The notes under the pieces were generated by a model that worked only from the letters and a program-made list of their open reading frames with translations, made no database searches and was not told where the DNA came from. A stretch of 63,452 bases of DNA, counting the filler, from Octopus bimaculoides (Eukaryota): the NCBI RefSeq assembly GCF_001194135.2. It is 4 parts of 4 records of this genome, joined end to end, with 100 filler letters (N's around TTAATTAATTAA, not from the genome) between each part and the next. Parts side by side here need not be neighbours in the genome. Positions count along the whole stretch, not along the records: positions 1 to 27,795 come from NC_068997.1; 3 more parts are not named here. One strand, written 5' to 3'. Made by a program: the position numbers and the translations under genes. Shown one piece after another: positions 12,631-26,063 of the stretch; position 1 is the stretch's first letter, and each line of letters opens with the position of its first letter.

Positions 12631-12672
12631 AAACTAGCGCTTTCACCTAGTCTTGTAGAGTTTTCAAATTTT
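12631..12672 (-). ncRNA. Minimal type I hammerhead motif with U3-A8 core variant
   Basis: Minus strand AAAAT-TTGAAAA-C TCTA CAAGAC TAGG T-GAAA-GCGC-TA-GTTT. Part of a short repeat (12547-12668) also present at 43897-44062. Confidence 0.6.
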
Positions 12673-12869
12673 GATTTCACCTTGAGAGGCTGTCTCTTTT
12701 TATAGTATTATTGAATGTGTAGGGGTGGAGAGAGATATATATAGGATAGAAAAAGAGAGGCTGAGGAATGGAGGGAAAAGTGAGAGGAAGAGTGTGGGTG
12801 TGTGTGTGTGTGTTTTTGTGTGTGTGTGTGTGTGTGTGCGTGCGTGCGTGTATGTGTGTGCGTGCGAGT

Positions 12870-13529
12870 GTGTGTGCCAGTGTATCTGAAAGGAGTGTCA
12901 ATGGGAAAGAGAAGGGAAGAAGAAAGAAGAAAATTGTGTTTACAGCTGGTCAGTTCTTTCAATGACAAGTTTATTCCTGGCCTTTTAAAAAATGGCAAAA
13001 CCAGGTGGCACTGTTTGGAAGAAAGTTGTTTTTCAAAAAAATTGGCATCATTGTCTAGTGGGAGAGAGTGTGTAGGTGTGTTTTTGTATGTGTGTGTATG
13101 TGTGCGTGTGTGTGCACACACACACATATATTTTTTTTCCAGAGGAATAAAGATAAGGAACAATTCTTTATAAAATGAAGATAGTAGAATGGGTAATAAT
13201 GTACAAAGGAAAGTGTCTTGTGGAGGAGCTCAATGAAAGAGATATGCATACAATTTCTTGTACATTGTAAGGACATTAATTTACAGACTAAGTTAATAGT
13301 TCTAGATGGGTTGTGATTTTCATGTTTTCAGCCATTCAGTTTCGGTGAGAATTTTGTTATGAAGTATTTCTCCATATTTTTCCTGAAGGAGGTGTCGTTC
13401 CTTGGGCATTTATAGAAGGGAAAGATCTTAAATTTTCCTTCTCCCCATGCTTCTAGGTGTTCATTCAATGGAAATTTTCGTAGTTCCTCCTGTCGGACAT
13501 GTGTATATATATGTGTGTATATGTAAGTA

Positions 13530-13566
<37 letters not shown>

Positions 13567-14145
13567 GTGTGCGTGTATGTGTGTATGTATATAGCCTTGA
13601 CTAATGAAATATCACTATTTCTGTAATAATTTGTACTGGATGAAGGACCAAATTTGTAAAGTAAACTAATTTTTTAATTTTATTTATATTTCACCAACAA
13701 TTTTCATCCTTTTCACATACTTCACTATCTTTGTATATTCATCACAATATTTCATTATTCTTAATCGTTCTTCAACTTTGGAACAACAGAGCCTAAAAAC
13801 GGCAAGAAACCCAGATAGTGGGACATTTTTGTGCCAACTAGAATTGAACCCAGTTACTTAGGTTCTCATATTTCTCTCCTACCTTTTTTTGAACTAACTA
13901 GTTGTATAGATGTAAACACAATTCCTTCCTCTTCCTTCCTTCCTTCCCTTCTCTTTTCCATTGACACTCCTTTGAGATACAGAAGCACATAAACGCGCAT
14001 GCACGCACACACACACGCACACAAACACACAGACACAAACACACACAAAAACACACCCGCACACTCTCTCCCATTTGACAATGATGCCAAAAACTTTTTG
14101 AAAAACAACTTTCTTCCAAACATTGCCACCTGGTTTTGCCATGCA
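12870..14145. repeat. Two oppositely oriented, circularly permuted copies of a GT-microsatellite-associated repeat (12870-13085 and 13905-14145)
   Basis: Blocks TATCT(G/C)AAAGGAGTGTCAATGG(G/A)AAAGAGAAGGG and ATGGCAAAACCAGGTGGCA...GGGAGAGAGTGTG occur on + in order X-Y and on - in order Y-(GT)-X. Confidence 0.65.
13140..13500 (-). mobile_element. PLE 3' fragment (GIY-YIG C-terminus plus 3' UTR)
   Basis: Minus-strand HVRQEELRKFPLNEHLEAWGEGKFKIFPFYKCPRNDTSFRKNMEKYFITKFSPKLNG*, matching the EH...EKYFI.KF.PKLN end of PLE endonucleases. Confidence 0.7.
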
Positions 14146-14519
14146 AAAAAAACTTGATTTCAGCGGTCATATATATTGCATGAACACTATATAAATACAT
14201 ATTTGCAAATATATATGCATGTGCATGCGTTAGTTTCTGTCTGTTTACTAACCACATTCCTACACTCATGACTGAAGTGTATTTAAAACAAATATGAAAT
14301 AGACATAAAGAGATGTTGCAGTAGATATCAACACTTGCTTGAAAGTATCAATAAGGTATTGCTATGAGACATGGCATCATGAGAGGTGTTGGTATCCAGA
14401 AGACCCAAGGTGGCAGGTTACGCTATGTAAGTGCTATAGAAGGAACGTAATTAAATGCTCAGTTCGATGATGCGAGTGAGGAGTCTAACGCGGGTCTTGT
14501 AAGAGCATATATATGTTAA

Positions 14520-15120
14520 ATAAAATACAACAAAACCAAGGCTGTGTGGAAGTTTTAGGACATTTATAGTCTTACAGCTGTTTCTGGGATATTAGGGATA
14601 TCCCTTCATCAGAGACGATGTGAGGTGTTTAAATAGAGGGAAATATTAGAGTTCAATATGAGGAGTTAATTTGGAAAAGGAAGCAGAAAAGGAGTACATA
14701 GGGAAATAGGAGAATGAATGTAGAAATAAAAAATTAAAGTGTATAAAGATGTTATATTTTAAATTATGTGTACTAAAGTTATTTAGGGAGTATATTATTT
14801 AAGAGCATTATTTTTTTACGTATACTTCTATTTGACCAGGATCTTGCATTTTAAATGTTTTTTTAATATCTAAATGTTTTTTTCTTCGGTATGAATTTTG
14901 TATTTATTCTGATGTTTATAACTCCAACGTTCTATTTTGAAATCTACAGCGTCCCGGATTGGTTAACAACTGAACTTCATAGTATACCATCATTATTTTT
15001 GAATTAATTTATCATTTGCTTGATCTCAACACCTTTAAGATGAACGGTTGTATATCATCTCATTCCTTTTCATCCTGTTTTGCATATTTTCATTGGTCAA
15101 CTATGAAAATTGGATTTGAA
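14520..15120 (-). mobile_element. Probable decayed PLE 3' end / pseudo-LTR carrying the HHR at 14569
   Basis: AT-rich, stop-ridden frame ending IMLLK*YTP*I, loosely like PLE ILIKKY.P.LN, followed by a PLE-type minimal HHR. Protein similarity is weak. Confidence 0.4.
14569..14616 (-). ncRNA. Minimal type I hammerhead ribozyme (PLE pseudo-LTR type)
   Basis: Minus strand GTCT-CTGATGA-A GGGATAT CCCTA ATATCCC A-GAAA-CAGCTG-TA-AGAC: canonical core, 7-bp stem II, palindromic stem III, GTA cleavage triplet. Confidence 0.85.
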
Positions 15121-15147
15121 TGTTTTCTATTTTTATTGTCTGCATAT

Positions 15148-15234
<87 letters not shown>

Positions 15235-15489
15235 GACCCCGATGAGATGTGGTATCCCATATTTTATAATATTTAATGATATTTTATAATATGCATGAAT
15301 CGTTCTGGATATTGCATCGAAATGTTCATAGGTCATTTTCATTTTCATTATTATTATTATTATAAAGTATTTTCAATGGATCAGTTTTGAGCTCTCTTTA
15401 AAGTCTCTCTCTCTCTCTCTGTATANNNNNNNNNNNNNNNNNNNNNNNNNNNNNNNNNNNNNNNNNNNNNNNNNNNNNNNNNNNNNNNN

Positions 15490-15522
<33 letters not shown>

Positions 15523-15639
15523 CATATATATATATACAAATATATACATACATATATATATATATATATGTATGTATATATTTGTTTCAGTCATTTATAT
15601 ATATATGTGCATGTACATATCTATGTGTGGGTGTCTTTG

Positions 15640-15790
15640 TTTGCGTCTGTGTTTGTCCCCCATCTCAGTTTGACAACAGGTGTTGGTGTGTTTGCGTCTC
15701 TGTAACTTAGCGGTTCACCAGAAGAGGACCATAGAATAAATACTAAGCTTAAGAAATGTCTTGCTATCGATTTGTTCTGATAGACTACTT
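15640..15790 (+). mobile_element. SINE family A fragment (3' half)
   Basis: GGTGTGTTTGCGTCTCTGTAACTTAGCGGTTC matches the reverse complement of the intact copy at 31545-31958. Confidence 0.7.
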
Positions 15791-16659
15791 AGTGAACGAA
15801 GTAATCTATCAGGGATAAGCCTGGCTGTACCGGTCTATGATAAACGGGTTTGTGTGTATATATGTGACTGTTTGTGTATGTATGTGTGATTATATCGTCA
15901 TCTGTAAGTGTTTCTTCGTAAATGTAGCTACTAAATGACCAACAGAGCAGAGTATATAGAATAAGACAGAAGACTATATAAGTAAAAGTAGAGGAGGAAG
16001 GATAAAGATAGAGGAACACAGAGGGACAGTGTGTGAGGGGGAGGAAGAAAAGCTTTGGTAAAAACAGAAAGGCTGATTAATGAAGAAAGTAGATTTTAAA
16101 AGAGAGACGAGAAGAAAGGGAATGGTAAGAGAATTAAACTTGAAAAGAACGTCATCTGTCCTGGTTATAAAGAGAAAACAGAACAAAGAAATAAGCGAAA
16201 GGAAATAATGACTGAGAGAATAGTAGAGGTATGAGTGATGGAAAGGGTGTGAAAAAGTAGAAAAAGAGCGAAAGAGTAAAGATAAGTAGAAAAGAAAAAG
16301 TAATGATAATTATATAGAAGACTGAGTTTCTTAATGTTTGTGTGAATGAGTGAGGGAGAGATGTATACATATTTGTTACCTCCTGGTGCAACACAACTGG
16401 GTAATTTTCTAACAGGCGCCAATAACGTTTATACGGAGAGCTAAAGTTATTCCTAACCCTAAATTGATTCTTTTTCCCTGTTAACAGTTTATACTGCTGA
16501 GTGGTTTGTTGTGACTATGTGGCCAGTTAGTGGTCAGAAAGGAATTTCTAACGGCTTTTGTTTCAGAACAATTCACTTGATATGCATTGCCCTCTGTCAG
16601 CATATGCCTTCATGCATATTTGCGTCTATATATGTTAGTATATTTTATCTTTTATCCTT

Positions 16660-16860
16660 TACTTGGTTCAGTCATTAGACTGTGGTCATGCTGGGGCACC
16701 GCCTTGAAGGGTGTTTAGTTGAAGGAATCGACCCCACTTATTTTTTCAGCCTAGTATTTATTCTATGGGAACCTTTTGCAGCACCACTAGAATACGGGGA
16801 CGTAAACACACCAAAACCGGTTGCAAGCGGTGGTGACGGGCAAACACAAAAATAAACATA
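16660..16860 (-). mobile_element. SINE family A fragment
   Basis: TTCAGTCATTAGACTGTGGTCATGCTGGGGCACCGCC...GGGGACGTAAACACACC aligns with 31560-31745. Confidence 0.8.
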
Positions 16861-16919
16861 AACACACACACACATATACATAGATGCATACATACATATA
16901 TACACACACATATACATAC

Positions 16920-16959
<40 letters not shown>

Positions 16960-17502
16960 NNNNNNNNNNNNNNNNNNNNNNNNNNNNNNNNNNNNNNNNN
17001 NNNNNNNNNNNNNNNNNNNNNNNNNNNNNNNNNNNNNNNNNNNNNNNNNNNNNNNNNNNNNNNNNNNNNNNNNNNNNNNNNNNNNNNNNNNNNNNNNNNN
17101 NNNNNNNNNNNNNNNNNNNNNNNNNNNNNNNNNNNNNNNNNNNNNNNNNNNNNNNNNNNNNNNNNNNNNNNNNNNNNNNNNNNNNNNNNNNNNNNNNNNN
17201 NNNNNNNNNNNNNNNNNNNNNNNNNNNNNNNNNNNNNNNNNNNNNNNNNNNNNNNNNNNNNNNNNNNNNNNNNNNNNNNNNNNNNNNNNNNNNNNNNNNN
17301 NNNNNNNNNNNNNNNNNNNNNNNNNNNNNNNNNNNNNNNNNNNNNNNNNNNNNNNNNNNNNNNNNNNNNNNNNCTTTATATTACATTAATCTTAATAAAA
17401 TAAGATTAAGATTAATGTAATATAAAGCTGAAGCAGATTAACACCAAATATACAGTGCGTGTGTTTTTATTGGCTAAACTGGCAATATGACCATCCCCAA
17501 GT

Positions 17503-17544
<42 letters not shown>

Positions 17545-17599
17545 GCGCGCGCGTTTAGACTTATATATATATGTTTATACTTATATATTGAATGTTTGT

Positions 17600-17720
17600 A
17601 TATATGTATGTTTCTCCGGTTTATTTTTCCATTTTCTGAATGGAGAGAGATCTGGTTCCTAGCCTAGAAACAAGGTTCATTCATTGGAATCTGGTCAGCA
17701 TCAACAGAGTAGTTATATAG
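17600..17720 (-). mobile_element. 3' terminal fragment of the (TATG)n-associated R4/Dong family
   Basis: GATCTGGTTCCTAGCCTAGAAACAAGGTTCATTCATTGGAATC resembles CCGGTTTCTAACCTAGATCCAAGGCTCCTTCATTGG at 54059. Followed by (TATG)n. Confidence 0.55.
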
Positions 17721-17802
17721 GTATGTAAGTATATCTGTAAGTATGTATGTATGTATGTATGTATGTATGTATGTATATATACACACACATATGCATACAT
17801 AC

Positions 17803-17842
<40 letters not shown>

Positions 17843-19877
17843 CTGTACATTACATAGACAGCTCAATAAACGGATATTTTTGTACTAGTCTGAAAAGAGT
17901 GAAACTTTTCAAAGTTAAATGTTTAGCTGTTATATAATATAGACTAAATAATATATGAATTACTCGAATATAGGCACAATCTGCCAGACATACCATTCTT
18001 AGAAGACCTGGTACCTATTTTCTTCAATGTGAGACATATAGAGTGACATTTAGGGATTAAGAGCATTCCCCGGCATAATCTGTGTTGCTGTTTTCTTCAG
18101 TTACTTTCTCTTTGTGTCTCTCAGGCTCTTCTCTTCCTCGGTATCTGTGAGTCTGTCTTCCTGTTTCTTTCTCTCTATTTCTATGGTTCACTCGCTTTGT
18201 ACGCGTGTATGCCCGCGCCCCTATGTATCCTTTTTACTGTTCCTTCTGCACAAATGTACATTAAGTTGAAAGTGTGCCCTGATATATCCACTCTCATTGC
18301 AAAGTGAAACTATTGTATTAAATATCTAAATGTTTGGAATGAGTATCTTTTAATATTTTGGGTGGGGGTATTAACTTTATCTGTAGAGATGAAAGCTGTT
18401 TCAATATTTATTTATCAATAATAGTTATTAGAAATCAATATTTACATCTACTCTAACTTTTTTCTTTTATTATTAACCTCAGCTTTGCAGATGAAAGATG
18501 TTCCAATATTGATGTATCAATAATATATGTTACAAATCAATAATTACATCTACACTGACTTTCGAATGGTTTTGTGTCCGATTGTCATCAGATGTTTTTT
18601 CCATACTGGGTACATCTCTTTCTAATGTTTCTATTAACTTCTTACCCTCACGGTCACAACCTTCCAAAGAAAAGCGAATTGATCAAAACCTAGCATAAAT
18701 AGAAATATTTCGATATCTCATTATAACATCCCTAAACATGAGATTAATCCTACAGAAATTACAGCATCCAAACTTTTACAAAAAAAATAAACGTTATCAG
18801 CAGTAGCAGAAGAAAATAACGATAACAAAAAGCAACAAAGATAACATAGGCTTTCTCTGCACACATACACAGATCGGTTCAGAAGCAAGTATCTCCATTT
18901 GCACCACCACCACCACCACCACCNNNNNNNNNNNNNNNNNNNNNNNNNNNNNNNNNNNNNNNNNNNNNNNNNNNNNNNNNNNNNNNNNNNNNNNNNNNNN
19001 NNNNNNNNNNNNNNNNNNNNNNNNNNNNNNNNNNNNNNNNNNNNNNNNNNNNNNNNNNNNNNNNNNNNNNNNNNNNNNNNNNNNNNNNNNNNNNNNNNNN
19101 NNNNNNNNNNNNNNNNNNNNNNNNNNNNNNNNNNNNNNNNNNNNNNNNNNNNNNNNNNNNNNNNNNNNNNNNNNNNNNNNNNNNNNNNNNNNNNNNNNNN
19201 NNNNNNNNNNNNNNNNNNNNNNNNNNNNNNNNNNNNNNNNNNNNNNNNNNNNNNNNNNNNNNNNNNNNNNNNNNNNNNNNNNNNNNNNNNNNNNNNNNNN
19301 NNNNNNNNNNNNNNNNNNNNNNNNNNNNNNNNNNNNNNNNNNNNNNNNNNNNNNNNNNNNNNNNNNNNNNNNNNNNNNNNNNNNNNNNNNNNNNNNNNNN
19401 NNNNNNNNNNNNNNNNNNNNNNNNNNNNNNNNNNNNNNNNNNNNNNNNNNNNNNNNNNNNNNNNNNNNNNNNNNNNNNNNNNNNNNNNNNNNNNNNNNNN
19501 NNNNNNNNNNNNNNNNNNNNNNNNNNNNNNNNNNNNNNNNNNNNNNNNNNNNNNNNNNNNNNNNNNNNNNNNNNNNNNNNNNNNNNNNNNNNNNNNNNNN
19601 NNNNNNNNNNNNNNNNNNNNNNNNNNNNNNNNNNNNNNNNNNNNNNNNNNNNNNNNNNNNNNNNNNNNNNNNNNNNNNNNNNNNNNNNNNNNNNNNNNNN
19701 NNNNNNNNNNNNNNNNNNNNNNNNNNNNNNNNNNNNNNNNNNNNNNNNNNNNNNNNNNNNNNNNNNNNNNNNNNNNNNNNNNNNNNNNNNNNNNNNNNNN
19801 NNNNNNNNNNNNNNNNNNNNNNNNNNNNNNNNNNNNNNNNNNNNNNNNNNNNNNNNNNNNNNNNNNNNNNNNNNNNN

Positions 19878-19960
<83 letters not shown>

Positions 19961-20319
19961 TAGGTATTCATCCAAAACAAAACAAAAACAACGAAGAAAG
20001 AAAGCACAAGAAAAATACAACGCGAGAACGTGGTGCATACAAAGTATTAAAAGACTCCCAAGAAAAGAAAGAAATGGTATTTTACGTTTCGAGCAAAGTT
20101 CTTCTTCAGAAACAGGAGACAGAGTAAAGTCCTAGAAAAGGAAAAGAGAAAGAGGAAAAGGAAGGAGAGTCGCAGTAGAGGAAAGACGAGATAAAGAGGA
20201 AAGTCACGGACCACCACCACCATCTCCACCACTAGCAACAACAAATGCCAGAAACTATAACAATAACAACAACAACCACAACGATAGTAACACCAGTAGT
20301 ACCCTATACTCTGCCTTCT

Positions 20320-22610
20320 ATAACCCCCAACAACAAATCATACGACATGACAAGGATCTACCCCACAGACTTACCCTTCAACAAAAGGGTATGTATCATA
20401 CCATAGAATGACAGTGAGACAGAGGCAAAGATTTCCTTGGCTAGAAATAGACTCCGACACGACTTAGACGGGTACAACAAAACCACTAAAAACATAATGA
20501 GGGAGAGTCACACCAGCTCAGTTCATCTGTTGCCAAAGGCCTACAAAAACTGGAACAGCGAATTAGGAACAGGGAATTAGTGTGTCTCCCTACGGACAAG
20601 TCTGACAGACTGTCGATAGACAGCCCACAGAACTATGTCCAACAACGCATCAGTAGCATGAGAGAAGTTGCACCACAGGAACATGAAAGAGTGGAAAAAC
20701 TCTACAATGCACACATGGGATTGTGGTGCAACATACGCCAACCCAAGAAACAGACTGCACAACATTTCCAAGCATTCAACAACGATGTTCCTACGCTATA
20801 CGGGTTGCATAAAGATCATAAACCCTACGTAAACCCTGTTAAGGGTCCCCCAACCCGATCAGTTTGTGCAGCGAATATTTCCAGCAATCATAGGCTATCT
20901 TACTTCTTCTCACAAGTGTTACCGCCACACATTGAAATGTCCTCAGATGTCTGCGTGTGCACGGAGGATCTCCTCAATAGAATCAGTAGTTGCAACCACT
21001 CAAACGACCCCTCAGGTTGTCTAGTGGGTAGTATGTATGTAGTATCACTCTACCCATCTCTAGACAGATTTCGCTGTGGAAAATGCATTGAGATTACCTG
21101 TGAGAGTGAAGTAGAGTTCCGTGAAGTCAACACGAGGGAACTGGGCCTCCTTAAACTCAGCTATGACTGTAACTACTACTTAGACGACCATGACCTTAGT
21201 AGATTCTGTCCTAGCAGTTCACAGAGGGGAAGACTACCTACCATCATCTCGGCAGTGAAGAAAAGCACTGAAGAGCGCTGGAGTGGCTGGACCATACCCA
21301 TCCAGAACCCTCAGAACAACAGTCAGGTGAAAAGAATCATTGCATATGCAATAGGGGCTAGCATAAGAACCACCTTGAAGAACCACATAGTAAAGTTTAA
21401 CAGAAAAATATACAAACAAGTTCAAGGTGCAGCCTTTGGTGTCGGTGTGGCTGGAGATGTGGCCAGCTTCTTCATGACCTGGTGAGACAGAAACCTTAAA
21501 CAATCCTTTGCAGAACAATCCACAACTGGTTTGCTTTACTATAGGTATGTAGATGATACTAATATTCTAGTTAGAACAAACTCTAGTAGCTGTAATATGG
21601 AAACCGAGAGGAGCACAATGGAAAGCATTCAGCTCGTAGCTTCCTCCATCCACCAAAGTATCAAAGTAACTATAGATTACCCCCTAGGCATCCTAACAAT
21701 TCACTCCCTGTCCTCGATACTGAACTTTGGTTAGAGACTGTGAACAACAGAGTGCAGCTCCTCCACTCCTAGTACATGAAGCCCATAGCTTCTAAATATG
21801 GTGTTCACAAGAACTCAGCTTTGTCACACAACATGAAAATCAACATACTGATAGCAGACTTAGTTAGGATAATGAACAACGCGTCCCCACAACTCAAACA
21901 CTTTGATACAAAGAAACGTGTACAGAACTTCATACACCGCATGCAATTCTCTGGATATGATCAGAAAGATAGGGTTGGGTATAGAGGGGAGCTAGAAAGA
22001 AGTTAGATAGCATATGTAATGAAACCAGTGGTACTTGCCCTAGATGTAGAAGTAAAGACTGGAATAGGATACGAATAGTTTGTGACAAAGCAAACAGGTA
22101 CAAAACCGACAAATATCAAGGAGTGATGTTTGTAGAGGCTACAGCCGATGAATAACTAGCCCGAAGATTTAGGAAAGCTCTGAAGGAGGCCAAACTCAAC
22201 ATTAAGATCGTTGAAAAGCCAGAGAGCTCCATTAGATCACAACTAAGTAGGACGTACCTGTTTGAGAATACCACATGCACGAAAGATAACTGCATGGTAT
22301 GTAAGATTAACCTTGACATTAACTGTAGAACTAGAAATGTAGTGTACGGCATAAGGTACATAGAGGGTGTTTGCAAAGACAAGAAGATGTAAAACATCTA
22401 GAAGCATTGCGAAGAGACTAAATGAACCTTTGAGACAATATGACGACAAAGATCAGTCCTCCATACTCTACCAGTATGCCAGAGACCAACACGGAGGCAC
22501 ACTTGACTCCGCATTTCAACAAAGCACCTGAAGGACCCAACACTCAGACAAATACAGGAGTACGTCTTCATAAACGAAACATTCCCAGTGCTAAATAGGA
22601 AATATACGTA
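20320..22610 (+). mobile_element. Penelope-like retroelement (Neptune-like Cys-rich linker plus GIY-YIG), decayed
   Basis: TDLPFNKRV, PTDKSDRLSI, LYGLHKDHK, VVSLYPSL, QVQGAAFGVGVAGDVASFFM, YYRYVDD; C-terminal CTKDNCMVC...NCRTRNVVY, KTSRSIAKRLNE, QIQEYVFINETFPVLNRK. Multiple frameshifts and stops. Confidence 0.88.
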
Positions 22611-22785
22611 GCAGGTTGTCATACCCCAATACCCACAGTTTATATATACACAGGTAGAGTTGTTAGTAAGCTATTATGTAGACATGTAGACGTATATATA
22701 TATATATATATATATNNNNNNNNNNNNNNNNNNNNNNNNNNNNNNNNNNNNNNNNNNNNNNNNNNNNNNNNNNNNNNNNNNNNNN

Positions 22786-22851
<66 letters not shown>

Positions 22852-23119
22852 GGGAATAAAATCCAAAATTTACGGGGAAAAATGCAATTTAGCAAAACTA
22901 AATCAAATTTCCCAATATAAAATATATGTATATAATTTAGAGAAAAACCCCTATTAAGCAATTCAATATTGAAGAATGTAATTCATATCCTCCAGAAAAC
23001 AAATATGTCATAAAAACTTATTCTAAAAATCAATAATTTACATAAAAGAATAACAAATAGACGGTAAATGGTATAAAAATGACTACGCACGTTTCGTGGC
23101 TATATTTTCAAATAGATAA

Positions 23120-24340
23120 CTAATAAGACGGAATAAGATCGAAGCTATCAAAACCTGGGCGGTTTCACTCCTTAGATATGGAGCATGGTTAATAATCGCA
23201 TGGACAGTAGACGAACTAAACAACCTAGACAGAAAGACAAGGAAGTTGCTAACTAGATATGGGTCACTCCACCCAAAACATGACACAGACAGACTATATG
23301 TACCAAGAAAAAGAGGGGGAAGAGGACTTATTGGAAGCGAATACAGCATTAGAGCAAAGGAAAATAACATAGCATGGTATGTAAAAATGCCACAGAACTG
23401 CTATTATTAGAAGTAAGAAGATCAGGCTTGTGTAGGATGAAAGACTGCAAAGATAAAGCTCTATACAAAAAATTGAAACCGAATGAAACTGAAAATAGGT
23501 GGATAAAGAAAAGAATGCATGGTCAATTTCATAGGGATATTGAAGATAAGACAGAGAGAGAAAAAAAGATGGCTGTGGATAACTAAAAGTGATCTAAAAC
23601 CGGAAACGGAGGCTCTAATCTGTGCTGCCCAAGAGCAAGCAGTAAGAACAAATTAAATAAAATACAGAATAGACAACACATCAGAAAGTGATAAGTGCAG
23701 AATTTGTGGACAAAATGGTGAAACCGTATGGCATATTACCAGTCAATGTACGTCACTAGCCCAGAAGGAATATAAGAGACGTCACGACAATATAGCATGG
23801 TTTGTCAATTGGACACTCTGCAACAAGTATAGACTTGACAGAGCTAAAAATTGGTACGACCATAAACCCGAAGGCATCGTCGAAAATGATAATCCAAAGA
23901 TCTTGTGGGATTTTATGATTTAGTGCGACCATGAGGTAGAGAATAGGAAGCCAGACATAGTCTTAATTGAGAAAGAAAACAAACAATGCTGGATCTTAGA
24001 TATAGCATGCCCAGCTGACAACAAGGTATGCGATAAGGAAGAAGGAAAAGTAGAGAGATATGACAGGTTGTCTTGGGAAGTTAAGCATTTGTAGTCGATG
24101 AAAAAGGTAGCAGTAGTACCAATAATTGTCGGAGCCTTAGGAAGAGTGACCAAAAATCTCGAGAAGTACGTGGAACAAATAGGGGCTGCAATAAGGGTGA
24201 AGCACTTGCAGAAAACAGCACTGCTTGGAACCGCTCGAATACTCCGGAAGGTGGTCGAAAAATAAGGTGTTACCTTAGTTCACTGGCAGTGAACAGCTAA
24301 CTCTGTAATACATCTCCAGTGTTAGAAGCTGTGCAAAGGC
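23120..24340 (+). mobile_element. R4/Dong-clade RLE LINE, 5'-truncated, 3' end joined to (TAA)n
   Basis: IKTWAVSLLRYG, RLYVPRKRGGRGL, HGQF, ETEALICAAQEQ, CRICGQNGETVWHITSQC (CCHC), RRHD, RKPDIVLIEK...ILDIACP (PD-D/E RLE), VVPIIVGALG, QKTALLGTARILRKV*. Then a short UTR and (AAT)n. Confidence 0.92.
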
Positions 24341-24497
<157 letters not shown>

Positions 24498-24879
24498 ATG
24501 AGGGTGGCTTGTTCGCAATTTTACAACCGAAAGGCAGAAATATATACCTCACTAAAGTGACTGAGGGCACTAGTCAAAAATTATAGCATACACATAACAT
24601 TACGCATTTTTGTAGGTAGGGGAGTGGGCGATCAGACCGTCTTAGTTCATAACTAATTCTGTTGTCTATAACGAAAGAATGGAAAGTTAAGTCTACCTCG
24701 GTAGCGTTGGAACGCAATCCTCCAATGTATTGTGTCCAACGTTTTAAGAATTCTGCTACCACAGAATACTAATAAAATCACGTGAACATTGTCACATGAT
24801 TAGGTATATTTCTCTCCCTATGTATTTTGTCTATTCGGCTGTCAAGCAATCTGTTCTGCTGTTTTAATGTCTGCGTGAC

Positions 24880-24955
<76 letters not shown>

Positions 24956-25009
24956 ATCTATCTTTTTATTTCTTTGTGTACATATAAATGTATATACATA
25001 CATACATAC

Positions 25010-25052
<43 letters not shown>

Positions 25053-26063
25053 GTTTAATCAAAAGATTATATGTGGTACTTAAAATGTTTGAGGCACCAG
25101 AATTTGGTAGGATNNNNNNNNNNNNNNNNNNNNNNNNNNNNNNNNNNNNNNNNNNNNNNNNNNNNNNNNNNNNNNNNNNNNNNNNNNNNNNNNNNNNNNN
25201 NNNNNNNNNNNNNNNNNNNNNNNNNNNNNNNNNNNNNNNNNNNNNNNNNNNNNNNNNNNNNNNNNNNNNNNNNNNNNNNNNNNNNNNNNNNNNNNNNNNN
25301 NNNNNNNNNNNNNNNNNNNNNNNNNNNNNNNNNNNNNNNNNNNNNNNNNNNNNNNNNNNNNNNNNNNNNNNNNNNNNNNNNNNNNNNNNNNNNNNNNNNN
25401 NNNNNNNNNNNNNNNNNNNNNNNNNNNNNNNNNNNNNNNNNNNNNNNNNNNNNNNNNNNNNNNNNNNNNNNNNNNNNNNNNNNNNNNNNNNNNNNNNNNN
25501 NNNNNNNNNNNNNNNNNNNNNNNNNNNNNNNNNNNNNNNNNNNNNNNNNNNNNNNNNNNNNNNNNNNNNNNNNNNNNNNNNNNNNNNNNNNNNNNNNNNN
25601 NNNNNNNNNNNNNNNNNNNNNNNNNNNNNNNNNNNNNNNNGAAATGGAAGGGCAATACCCTAAGGAGTGGTAAGAATTTGGAAAAAAATTTAAGGTAAGG
25701 GAATTAAGGTCAAGGTATTAAAGAAATATATCTATTCTACAGTATAAATAGAATAATACAATGAAGCACTGAACTACTAAGTTCAAAACAATAATAATTA
25801 GAACAAGATAAACATATCCAGTTAAAATAAGATATAAATTAATGTGGGGTGGTATTATTTATGAGTAAAACTATAATATTAATGGCCAAAATCCAAACAG
25901 AAGAAAAGTGGGGAAGAGGGAAGAGGAAAAAAGGGAGAGGAATAGAGTTAGAAAAACAGGACTAAATTAAGAGAAAAAACTAAGGTTTTCGAAAAAGTGA
26001 TAGATAGAAGTGACTCAGAATAACTTAGAGAAAATGTAGGACTACTATCAGTGGGTTGGGAAA

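Noticed and set aside
16488-16525. Possible 38-nt exon (YTAEWFVVTMWP)
   Set aside because: Good acceptor but a weak donor, non-symmetric length and no recognisable homology.
18386-18600. Minus-strand CTGATGA...GAAA...GTA motif near 18545-18595 within a ~100-bp diverged tandem repeat
   Set aside because: Stems II and III do not pair, and the sister unit lacks the core.
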